Below are positions 9,938 to 22,400 of a DNA stretch of 48,272 bases, one piece after another (the stretch's first letter is position 1; every line of letters starts with the position of its first letter). The DNA is from Catajapyx aquilonaris (Eukaryota), in contig JYFJ02002966.1 of the NCBI GenBank assembly GCA_000934665.2, positions 1 to 48,272 on the forward strand, given 5' to 3'. The notes beneath the pieces are model-generated. The model ran no database searches and was not told where the DNA came from. It saw nothing but the letters and a program-made list of their open reading frames with translations. Made by a program: the position numbers and the translations under genes.

Positions 9938-12900
9938 AGTTTTGGAATAACGCGCTGGAATAGACACCTGCCCGCAATGCAGAATCAGAGTCTACTTCCT
10001 GCTGTGGTTTGCATCGTACCATTTTAGTGTGTGACCAAATAACGCGCACTGCTAATCCTGTACATAGCCAATGAATATATTTATAGCAGATTTAATCAAT
10101 TATTGAGTCTATAGTTTCAACTCTGTAATCAGCACCTATCAGGTAATCCATCATGCTAATTGACGAGTTGTTTTCATACCAGGCTGGCAGAATAAGCCCG
10201 TATGTGACTCACTGATATTTTTACCCATCTAATAAACTACAGCTTCACACGTGAAAATATACGACCCTATTACAGTATAGGATTACTAGCTAGAAAGGGG
10301 GTAAACCGAGACGAGGACGTTACACGCTGTTTAGTTAAAGCGAAATAAGTTAAATATACAAAGCCATCGCATGCCTAAAATGTAAAGCAAAGTCCACGGT
10401 GGTGACGCCGAGAAGGCTTCAGACGTGAACCGAATGCAAATAAAGCACCATCAACAGATGGTTTTGTCACAGCACATTCCGGCTTCAAGCATAACAACAA
10501 CAAGTTACGCAACGTTCAGCTCCCAAATTGTAATAGAGCATGTAATGGATGAGTAGTAGGCAGGAATCGCCTTGCCCACCACTGGAGCCCTGCAGGGAAA
10601 AGGGTGGAGTTCTTATTATTCGGCCTCCCAAATCTTCGAGCTTCCCCCTCTGGCTTAGGGAAGATTCTTCCCAATCATGACTGTCCTTCGCGTCTTTTCT
10701 GGGCCACTCCCCGCGTTTTTCTTTCGTGCTGTTTTTTCCCCTGGCCGTCTTTGAATGCCGCTTTTTTCCCGACCCTAAACACCGTCCTCCTCTTGACGGG
10801 ATGTAGGACCTGACCTAGCCGCTTTGTCGGAAATTGTTGCGTCTATTTCGCAAAAGGATACCGAGTTGGCGTGCTCACAGCTCCTTATGATGACTGTACC
10901 CCGTGTGAAAAGGGTCATGAGACCTGCTCCGGCTATCAGATGTCTCCTGTTTGTCGTGGTTACCATGTTCTTCCTCATGTTGCGCTATGTCTTCCCTCAG
11001 TGGTACTGCTCTATATATGGCTGCTTCAAAGATAGGCATGAAAGATAAATCCTTATGCTGCTGACAAATAGTGTGATCGTCCCTGGCCCCAGTCATTCCA
11101 TGACATATTTATTGCCATGTTACTGCTTATTGCTATATAATATCATGACTGTAACGAAAGGAAGTACTGGCGCACATAATTTCAACCTACTTGTACCCCG
11201 TAGCGTACCAAGCTCAATTGCTGGAAGTTGAAATTGAGATGACCTTAGATGGTGGGTTCAACTACTGCCTATATGTTGAAGATTGTGGATTGATTCAATT
11301 GGATCACAATATGAGATAAGTCAGGAGCTGGTGGATCCGTTAGTATTCTCATCGTGACGTAACGGATTCACCCACTGATTGGTTTGTAGCGAATCTGTTT
11401 TCTGCGGTTGCCTCACGTTTGGCACGACAAGCTGAGCCAATTTTCTGGATTTAATGTTGGGAGGAATTGCCTGACAAAACAATAGTTGGTTTTGTTCTGA
11501 ATTGTTAATTGGCAGGATGAAAAGTTCCGGTGCCGCTGTTGGAAGCCCGATTGCAAGGCTCTGGTAAGCCCATTCATTACGCCAACCCATGTGATGAGAT
11601 ATACAGCTTGTGCTATTCGGTTGTAATTAATTGGTGAAGTTCACATGGATAATGGAGGATTATTTGTTAAAAGGTGGCACTCCGTATTTATGACATACAT
11701 TTGTATGCACAGTATACTACTAATACCTGCTAATGAACCAGCTACAGTACACTAAGTACTACGTAAATTGGTTTCTACAGTGGCACAATCATAGATTCCC
11801 ACACTATTACACAGTTTGATGGAATAATATGAAATCGGTTGAAAACAAATCTAGGACAGTAAGGACACCCTATGTTTCACAACCCCTTGAATTATGCCCC
11901 CTTTTTGTTACATAGCCGGTTTACATAAATTTAATACCTCTCTTGACACCTCTTTATTGTGCGCCAGAAGGTCATCTCCATGTTCTTGCCCCCAACAACT
12001 ACACATTAGGACCTGTAAAGCAAAAAACGGAAATAGAAGAAAGTGCAAAAAAGCGTGCAAGCGCAAAAAAAAGCAAGCGGAATGCTTTCACGTGGCACAT
12101 TTTTTGGCATCTGCCCACGGACTTTTTTGGAGCAAACGAAGGGAAAAGCAGGAATGTAAAATGCAGCACGCCGTATGTGCCGGTGGTGTCTTCTTCCTCC
12201 TCCGCCTCGTCCACTTGGACGAACCCATGCTCGGGCACGCGACTCTTCCGGCATCCTCCTAATGATAGCTCATCGAGCAACATGTACCGGACCGATGCAC
12301 TATTGCGTACTCAGGTGCAGTCTTTTGCAGGAGAGGAATCCTCTTCGGCCACTTACGATTGGGTTGGGCTTTGCTGGGCAGTGGAGGAAGAAGAGTGGCC
12401 CCCACCTTCTGCCCTCCCTCCTTCCCTCTTCTGCCCGCCCGCGCCCTACCCCATCTCTTAGGTACCATCCCACTTGGCCCATAAAGGTGTGCTGCTGGGA
12501 AATCCCGAGGCAGCATGCGTTCGACTTGGTAGCCACCAGGACGTCTTCGGAATTCGCGGACTGGTTGCTGTTGGGGACACCATGTAAGTTGTGTCTTTGG
12601 TGATGTGTGGTGCGTGGCAGTTGATGGATACCAGTGACCTGTGACAGTGGTGCTGTGATTAGTCAAATTAATCCGCTCAACATATCGAAAGAGAATCCAA
12701 CAATATATAAACATAAGTCAATTTGACGCACAGTAATATCACATGCTCATGACGAGCAAGTACGATTGTTTATGCCGCAGTTCGCATTGGTATTCAGGAC
12801 CTTTGCAGAGGTCGAGAGGTGACTATCCCAACCTACTGATTATACCCTTGGATCTTGTCATCTACATCTGTGGTTAGCTAGGAGGAAAAAAGGTGACTCA

Positions 12901-13406
12901 AATGCGCAATCAAGGTTCAAGGCGCGTCCAAGGTGACGCACCCTCAGCTCCACTGCTCGACAAATTACTTATCCATCTCCTCCAAATAGACAGCCGGATA
13001 AACAAGAAACCCAGAAGTAGAAGCATTCATAGAGTGTGACCTTGTTTTCGAAATCATCTCATACTTGCGACCATGAAAGCTTCCGCACCTGCGATGAATT
13101 ACATGCATAAAAAAATTACTCGCGTGAGAAATTATGCTCGGAAGTATTAACACCATGTCTCGATGAATGCAACATTCCCAAGAGCAAAACGTGATGTTTG
13201 GATTATTTTATGAGTACAACTCAACAAACTGGTATGATAATAGCTCTCTGCTGAGAAATATTATTGCAGCCTGATTTTCATTGGGTAAAAATTATACTTG
13301 TAATAGACTAAATAGAGTGACTAAATCAGTGACACTCTTCACCAAATCTGATGGCCTAAGTGTGATATCATTGTGATTTCAGGTGTCCTGTGATGGAGAA
13401 AAGGCG

Positions 13407-16400
13407 ATGATATTCCGCGGGCGAAGGGACGAGCAGCCCTCCTCCACTGAACACATTTACAGCATGCCCTCCGCTTCCAAGGTGAGTAGCTCGTCACTTA
13501 ACCCACCTCCCCATCTTATTTTTTTCTGTCTGTCTTTCCACTCTTCTTTCCTCCTTTCTTCTAAACCGCGCCTTTCAGCATTTCGCCCCTAGGGCACCTC
13601 AATTTTCTCGAGCCGACCACCCTAGCAGCATCTCCCGCCATTGACCTTTCCCAATGACACCCTCTTTCATTCGACTCGGCCAACTTCTGGCCAACTAATT
13701 TTTTCTTATATTCGACCCCGTGAAACAATTGGCGACACCTGAGGTCACCTGTCATCCTGCCGAAATGGTGCCGTAAAGTTTCAGGACCTGTTGCATGTCC
13801 ATTCATCGAAACGCCTCCTACTTTTGCGTATTCTCCCAGCCCAACAGTTACAATGACCTCTGAAAACAATGCAGCCAGTAATAACGCAGCATAAACATTG
13901 CGCAATTCCCCCCCTCCGTTTGCTCTACATATACCGTATTGCATATTTAGCGGGGCGCCAAACACAGGTAGATAAACAGGCACCAAGGCTGCCAAGTGGG
14001 AGTCGACAGAAGTCGAGGACCATGTCCAAGCTGCGGTCAGTGGTCACCACGTAACAGTCAACTTAATTACCTCTGAAATAACAAAAATGGATCCTCCCTA
14101 CCATATACCGAAAACACCCGGAAAAAAGGAAAAGTCATCTTATCTCTCCAGTAACTGTGCTGGGGTTGTAGCGGGTTCTGTGTAACATCAGAGTGTCCAT
14201 CAGAGTAGCCCCGGGGCCGACTTTGAGGAGGCGTTGTATCCGTAACGGCAAAGATGTTTGGGAACTCGAGCGAAATAACTAATGCGCGATTCGACCAATC
14301 CGTGCGGAACACATAAAACCGTCCGAGTGTTCTCACTTTTAAGACACCCGGCTGGCAGCCACTGGAACCGGACACTTTTGATTTTAATTGCCGAGTGGTT
14401 CGCAAAGTAAATAAAAAAAAAAACTGGCGGTTACCTGAACGGATTGAGCAACAGTAACCTTGGGAATTTTTGGCCAATTTGTGGTGTCCAGCACCCGTTT
14501 GCCATTGTCGACCCCAGATGAGCCCACCGCATTTTTTCCTTGATCAGACGATGAAGTCCTTGCCCATTTGCCCGGTTTGTCCTAGACCTCGACACGATGA
14601 GTCCTGGGTGACGTGATTGGCCTGAGGTAATGCCTGCCATCAGAAGAACAAAACAAAAGAGTCGGTGGCAAGGACCTTCGTGCTGCGGCGGTGACGTCAC
14701 GCGGCCAATTACCGCCTGCTAGAGACCTTGGCCTCGGGATCATTATCGTCGTTGTTATTAATCTGCTTATAGCTTATATGTTGGGAAGAACTCGCCCTCC
14801 GACGCTCTTGGCCGACCAACCAAGGATACGCAGATCCAGTAGTCCAACGACCTCTTCTATATGCGAGGTTTATTCTCGCTCTCGGTGCCAACCAGTGCAT
14901 CAACAATCTCTGTCTCGGAGTAATAATTTTAATAGAGGTGGGCATCTGCTGGTGGTGATTTGTGATGACCTTGCGTTATGGCGTCACCGCACATGACCTG
15001 ACCTCAGTGGCAGCAGCACGATAAGTTGCGTAGTGTGACGATGAAGTCACGTACAAGGATTAAGCCCATCCCCATTAATGGAGAAAACATGTGATTAGTC
15101 AATTTTGGACGTTATGCTCATTTCTTATGCGTACATGGCAATTAGACCGTGGCCAATTGCATTAGTTGTGCGATGAGATCGAAATCCGCCGTTTTTCCAA
15201 ATTGTTTCACACTAGTTACTGCAATAAATGATGGACTATTGGAGCATGTCTGACCGTTGCGCATTTATAATGTCGCCGACGGGGATAAGTATTCTGACTG
15301 CACAAGTTGGCCGGTTAGCGGATTGAATATACAAGATAAGAGCAGCAAACCTTGGAGGAAGATGAAATAATTTGGCACACATGAATTGGGGCCTCATCGA
15401 CCATGGACGTCAGTCACTCGGGTGTCAACTCTTCCAAGGTCTGTGGCAGCCGTTACGTGTCACAACAATGGATGACACGCCAGACCCCCGTGTTGCGCTA
15501 AGAGGCATGGATGTCGATGGTCAGAATATTGATTGGAAAAAGCGGAAAGTAGGTTTTGACCTTTTAACACAATTTCCCACCGAAGATTACATAATAACTT
15601 GTGACGTTATCCGCAGTCACACAGTAATCCTCAATTTCCGCCGACGCCTCACTGTTTTATGGAAGCAAATAGCATATCATCTGAGCGCAACATTCATGTA
15701 AGGGTTGGTGTGAGTGGCAATAACCGTTATGCACCGGGTGAGTGCTGAAGAAACAGAAAAAAAATGGACAAGTGGGGGTTGGGTCAAGGGTGACGTAGCG
15801 GTTGCATGTTTTCACCGCCCTGAAACCCTTCTTCTTCGCCTCCACCCTGACAAACCTCCATCATTAACATCCTATTCATATACTCAAAATGTCGCCAAAG
15901 ATTGTCTGAGGCAAGTGGGCTTCCTGCTTTGGTCCTGATTCATCCGCGTTCCACAGGTTCTTCAGCAGGTAACCACTGCATTCAAAACATTTGAGCCACA
16001 ATGTTTTGAAGACACCACAATGTAGCACACGTAATGATGCGCATGATGGATAAATGGAGAGGGAAAACAACGATAGTAAAAGCATTCGAAGTCAGACAGG
16101 CATGCACCCAGCCCACTTTTATGTACGGTAAATGGATGGCATTTTTTTTCGGCGGGACAGTGGGCTTGCAGTTGAAAATCCAGTTGGGTGTATCCGACGA
16201 AATAATTGCAACGGAGTGAATGCTGGGCGGGATAGAAGCCTTGTCCTTGCCCTGGACGACCTCATATGTTATATACCCACTCGATCGGTTGTGCACATTG
16301 GGCGCCGGTTGCATGATTGATCATCAGATGATGGGTATCAATTAGTCTGGCTGTAGGGAGTGGGTCAGGAAGGATTCCCATGCTTCATGAGAACCTTGTT

Positions 16401-19400
16401 ATAAATAGGAGCCGGCGCGGGAAAATGGCGCCTTTTCTACTGTCACTATAGAAAGGGAAGTTGTGTAAGTTGAAGAAAAAAAAAGAGAAGAGAGTCTCAC
16501 ACCTGCATTCCTGCCACCTGCTAGCAAAGTATGCTCACGCCGCGATGACCAGATAACGGTCAAGGTGAATGCACCAGACGAGTCCGCATCTTGGAAGCAA
16601 TATACTGTACGCTTGGCCACTCGCCCATATAGCAAACATGACTTCGAATCTTCCCGTTCAACCGCACTGCGCGGGATCAAACTAGAGAGAGAGAAAAAAA
16701 CGGAAGAAGTTATGGCCCAACATTGCACATAATTCTTACCAAAGTCTTGTTACATTCGAGCATACAAGTCGCCGTTACTACAGTACTTTTGCCTCATTCG
16801 TGCAATTTTGCAGCAGTGTGTATAGTTCTGTCATAAAAAAAATTGAAGCGTAACATTCTTCAGGGTCGTGTTATATATTTGGCTTGTGTGACTAGAGGCT
16901 TCAGGAAAATGCCGCATTTGTTTTGACATTTACAGTGATATCCTGCTGGCACACCTTGAAGAAAGACGCACTTATGTCATAACACTCACGTTGCGGCATA
17001 GCAACATATCGCATGGAGTCGAGGTCAGGACACAACAAGACACCGAAGGTTTCAGGTGTGGCTCGTACAGCAGTACAGTAGGCGCGGGAGGGTATAGAGA
17101 ATGGCATAATTAAACCCATGGCAGTAAAAGTGTGAAGCACTTGTGAAATAATTACGACAAGCATGGCGTGTCAGTACAGCTTATAATGATAGTTTCCTAT
17201 GTGGAACTCATTGCTATGTAGGAATACAAAAATTCATGGAGCAAGACTAATTTTCAGCAACCATATTTTGAAAATGTCGGTTTGGTTGAGATAATGATCA
17301 AGTGCGTTCATTAAGAGAAGGTTAATTAGTTGTGTCTCCGCTGTTTTTCGGACGTGGGAAGGAATTAAACGAGTCAAAGAATGAATGGGAATATAGCAGG
17401 CGGTCCTTTTGCCTGTGCCACGCCGGTATATGAAGAATGCCATTTGCATTTCTCCTTTCTTCGGTTTTCTGCGAGTAACTTTGCGAAGTAGTATGGAGGA
17501 CCGCACCCATCCTCCTAAAAGTGGCCCATCACCTTTTGGGACGTTCACCTACAAAGGAGGCTTGTCTTTTTGTTTGCCTTTTTATGCGGTACTTCCTCTG
17601 CTGTGTGCAACTCGTCCGTAACCGCGCCCGTATCGTATAAGTACCCTCAATTTTAATGCAGAAACTTTCTCACGAGACTGGAATTTCCTTCGTTGTGGAA
17701 TTTCAAACCACGCGGACTTGCATCGTATTACTTTGGTATTACCTATTGTTTCTGTTTAATGTGAAGTTATTGAGCATTTTTCTTTTGGAATCAGGCGACG
17801 GATACGTTGTCGTCGTTGTCTTCGGCCCAAGAAGCAGCGGCAGTGTACAGCTACTCTTTGGGAAGCACCTCGGCGTACCACTGGGGAGATGATGCAGGGG
17901 CACTTTACGGAAGCTACATGCGAAGAAGACGAGGATGTCCCGTTGGCAGCTGCGTCCTCTGGGCGTCCATGCTATTGGTGATATTGGGCATTGCCGCTGT
18001 GGTGGCCGTAGCAGCTTACTTAGCGGTTTCTACCACCAACGGGGAGGCCGGAAAACGTAATTACCTGCCAATTACTTCGCAAGGATGTGCTGACTAACTA
18101 AACCCTCTTGCACGTTTCCTTGTTCAGATGACATAATCTTCGATGGCAGCTTCAAGGTGGTCATCGGCGACAACTTTACCATCGGTTTGTCCGATCCTTC
18201 CTCCAGGCCGTTCCTGGAAAAGGCCAGCAAGTACAAGACCATGGTGAGCCTCATGGCGTTGACAGGGTCAATCCCCACGAGGGTGACATTGTACTGTATG
18301 GGTTTGACATTCCAGATCGAGTCAGTATACCAGCAGAGTCCATTGAGTCGCGCCTTCCGTTTCTGCCGCATAGAAGCCTTTCACAATGACAGCCTGCGAG
18401 TGCATTTCCGGCTACATTTGGACCGCAGGAAAATTCCCAGGTTGGTAACAAATTCCGTGTACGTAGTGAACACGTAGCCTATAGAGTTAATAACGGGGGT
18501 TGGTTTCAGTCACATTCTAAACACGGAGAAGGCGGTGAAAGACGTCCTGATCCAGGAGGTCATGTCCGTGCATCCGGTGTCTTTCCAAACCATCGCCGTC
18601 GACATAGACAGCCTCCAGGTCGTGCGGTCTTTCACCGGTGCCTCCGACCCGGCTTCCTTCCATGCCACCGAGCTCCCAGACGACCTGGAAGACTCCGTTA
18701 TCCTGCTAGACGGCAACTCGCTGGACTTCCCCACAGAGCCCGAACCACCGAAACCACCCAGCACACGCCGCCCGTCCCACGCTCGCCGTCCCCCGCCCAC
18801 CTCTCGCCCATCCCCGGCACTCACCGTCACCGAAATGTACAACGGGCTCATCACCCTGCGGAAGGGCGATGGTGTGACGACCACCATGTCGACGGTCACC
18901 ACCACCCTGCAGTCTTCCACCACCACCGCCGGCCGTGTCCTGAAACCCAGCATACAGTTCAGCGTGAAGAATCCTCCTCCATCATCGGCTGGTGTCACCA
19001 AGAAGCAGGCGATGGTCGACACCGGTATGCAGAGCCGTATCGGAGAGGAGGCAGACTGGAAGCCCATTGTCGGGGCACCGGTACGAGGCGGGGCACTGCC
19101 GCCCACACACACCAGGTACCATCAGTACCAGCAGAGGTTTGGCATGGTCGCCTCGGCACCCCCAGAAAGAGTGGTCACCTCCGGACCAGTGCTGATGCAG
19201 TCGCAGTCGCAGGATTCGTCGTCGCCGAAACCTAACCAAGGGTTTGGGGAAGTCATGCTGGTGCCCGCTGTGTTTCATAAGGGAGAAGCAAATGAGAGGA
19301 TAGCAGAAGAAGTTATCATACCACAAGACCAAGAAGAAGAAGAAGATGGTGGGGTTCTAGAAGTGGACCACCCCAGGCCTCTGGTGACTATGATAGTTCC

Positions 19401-22400
19401 CGCCAGTACCAGCAAGCCGGAAGTCCATCAGGGTTTCGTGAATCCCGTGGAAATATCAGCCAAACCTATGTCAGTAGAAGGGGAGGGCCATGCCAAACCA
19501 TCGGAGACATTTTCATCGCAGTATAAGCAGGAGGTTGTAATAATGGTCCAGGATGCGGAGAGAGAAGGCTCGGCTTTGGACCACGAAATTCCTCAAGTCA
19601 TATTTGAAGAACCACAAGTACCGGAAGGACAAGATGCTTCAAGTACGAAACCAGAAACAGTCCACAGCGAGCCCGTGGACGAGACGGAGGATGACAAGGC
19701 TGCGGCCGAAGAAGCAGATCCTGATGAGGCGGAGGCTGCTGAGGTCGAAAGCAGCAGAGAAGAAAATGTCGACGAAAGTGGAAGCCATCAGGCCCCTCCC
19801 GTGCCAGTGAGCAGTCCCGAAAATGAAGAGATAAGTCACGAAGCTCGCAACCCAAATGCGACTGTCGAAGTGGTTGCTCCGACAAAACTCAACACCAGCA
19901 GCAGCTCCGAGTCAGAAGAAGAATTCATGCACACGCACCCGGAGCAAACACCTGAAAAGGACACTCCTGCAGAGCAAGAAATCAAGGAAGAAGAAGACAG
20001 TGGCAGCAGTAGTAGCAGCGAGGAGGATGCGGGTGGTATCTGGCACTACTGGGGTGCACCAGAGGAGGATTCTGACGAAGAATCGGGAGAATATTTCGAT
20101 CCAGCTGATACTGTCAAAGACCATCCATCAAGCGACGAAGTTGTTGCCAAGGGTGACGTGGAACAACTGAACACCACTGTTCTGTTGCGAAGAACTAACC
20201 AGGAGGATGAGGGGAAGGTCGAAACACTCTCTGACAATGTTTCTTTGACACCAACCACACGAATTCGAGTCCCCACCAATGGTGCCTTTCAAGGCGTCTC
20301 TGTCCACGTCATTACTCAGACAACAGACAAGCCTAGCCCTGTGAATGTAACGTCAATACTGCCTCCAATCAAGTCGTACTCGGGGGTGCTGCAGCCCCTG
20401 AGGGCCAAACCAGATCCAGGGGCTACGTCTCCTTCACCATTGCTGTCTGCGTTGTTGCCCATACCAGAGATGACCGCGTCCACTGCTTTTCACATTGTCC
20501 TCAATGGCGAAAGAAAAGTGGCAGTTGATAGCAAGGGCAATGCAGTACCTTTGGTTCACGCCCAAGATCACTGGCAGGACCACGTGGATTGGACGTACCC
20601 AGTGGTTGGTTCTCTCATGGACCATCAGGAGCAGTACCAAAAATTCTCCCGGATCAACAATAGGAAACCAAAGCTGATGACCATACTTGTCAAGCCAGTA
20701 AGAAATAAGAAGCCAGTTCAAAACGACGATCAGCAACTGCTGCAGCAAGTGATGACCAACCTTACAACCGGTGCCCCAGTGTTGTTACCTACTACCACTG
20801 TGGCACCCACTGAGGAGGACAGTGTAACTAATGCAACGACAGAGACTTTGCCGGAGGAAGATCCCACGACTGAAATAGTGGCAACCACCACATCTGATTC
20901 TCAAAACGGCTCTGTCCTCATGGTCAACACTGAGAAGTCCATCATGTCAGTAGCCATCTCGACCAGCATCTTGTCATCTCAAAATAAAGGTGAGTTTTGT
21001 GTCTACACGAGGTGGGGTCTGCCATTTCGCATGACCAGAGATTCCTTGACCCATTAAGGTTCTACATAATTTTTTATTGAATGCGTCGCATCATTATGTA
21101 GCATGAAGACACAATTAGTTTCGCTGACATCATCATGAAATATGTAGCATATCCTGCTGGTAAGGCTACCCACCAACCGTCCATGGCAGTCAGGTTGTCA
21201 ACCAGGCAGGATGTACCCGATCATTCATGTTGATGTCATCAAAGTTAATACTTATTATTGACTCCTAGCGGTCCTACACAAAAGGACTCTTACTTTGTTA
21301 ATCTTTAAATTGGTTAAACTAATCGCCCTATGGAACCCCTACCTTGTCCCATTTCGCTGGTCCTTGTCGCTGGTTATGGCCGCGAACAGTAGATCATATT
21401 TTATTCCTGGGAACAGTGGGAAGTATGCTTCCCATTTGCCTTCTGAACCTCGTAGGTTGCCGATATAGTAGGATAAATCATTTTAACTCCATTTACTTCA
21501 CCAAATGTCTGACAAGTGATGGTACATTTCAGAAACTCTGTCTTGTGCTGAGGCGAACGATTTCCGCTGCAGAAGTGGCGAGTGTGTGTCATCTCATGCA
21601 CGTTGCAACCAAATCAGAGACTGCAGAGACAATTCAGATGAAGCCAACTGCTCATGTGCTGACCACTTCAGGGCACAGTTCCTCACACGAAAAATATGCG
21701 ACGGGATACAAGACTGCTCCGATCTCTCAGATGAGAATGACTGTGGTGAGTGGTGCAGTTATTGCAATAATGGTCAAGTTTGTGTCGTGTGCTGCATGTA
21801 ACATATCTTTGCCCTCGTTTCTGTGCAGAGTGGTGTCGTCCAGGTCAGTTCATTTGCCCCAACAGTCGTGTGTGCGTGGACCAGGAGGCAGTGTGTGATG
21901 GGCGCAAGGACTGCCCATATGGTGATGATGAGCATGATTGCGTGAAGGTGGCTCCTAGTGAGCGTGTTGCTGACACATTGGCATACCACAACTCGGGGTA
22001 CCTTCTGGTTCGAAAGGAGGGGAAGTGGGGCAAGTTGTGTCTACAAAATTTTGAAAATGTCGTCAGCAAGTCCAGGACCACCTGGGAGATACCAGACCTG
22101 GGGCGTGCTGTCTGCAAGGCACTTACCTTCAAGTAAGATAATTATTATATTCCCCACTTATAGGCTACACTCCTCTGGGTGTAGATATTCTCAATGCGTA
22201 CTGATACTGTATATGAACAATGTTTATAACAAGAAATCATGTTAACAGTGATTTTGAACGTGTGGACCGGATGGTGGATCCAGAGCCAATGTCCAGAGCA
22301 CAGGATTCTGCATACTATGAGATATTCTATTCAGTCAACAGCAGTGAGCCAACTCCACGGTATGTTTCACATTTGTCAGCTCCGACACCTGCAATGTTCC

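Noticed and set aside
10604..11096. Short ORFs with a possible minus-strand intron near 10815-10877
   Set aside because: Splicing yields only a short low-complexity peptide; evidence is insufficient.
11877..11890. miR-307/miR-67-like string TCACAACCCCTTGA
   Set aside because: Only a partial match to the recalled mature sequence, with no complementary 5' arm upstream.
15450..16314. Possible nested minus-strand gene in protease intron 1
   Set aside because: One phase-compatible join exists (...[14 protein letters not shown]...), but the donor is weak, later joins need implausibly short introns, and no domain is recognised.
18510..19112. 200-aa minus-strand ORF and other antisense ORFs over the protease exons
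   Set aside because: Shadow ORFs of a GC-rich coding exon on the plus strand.
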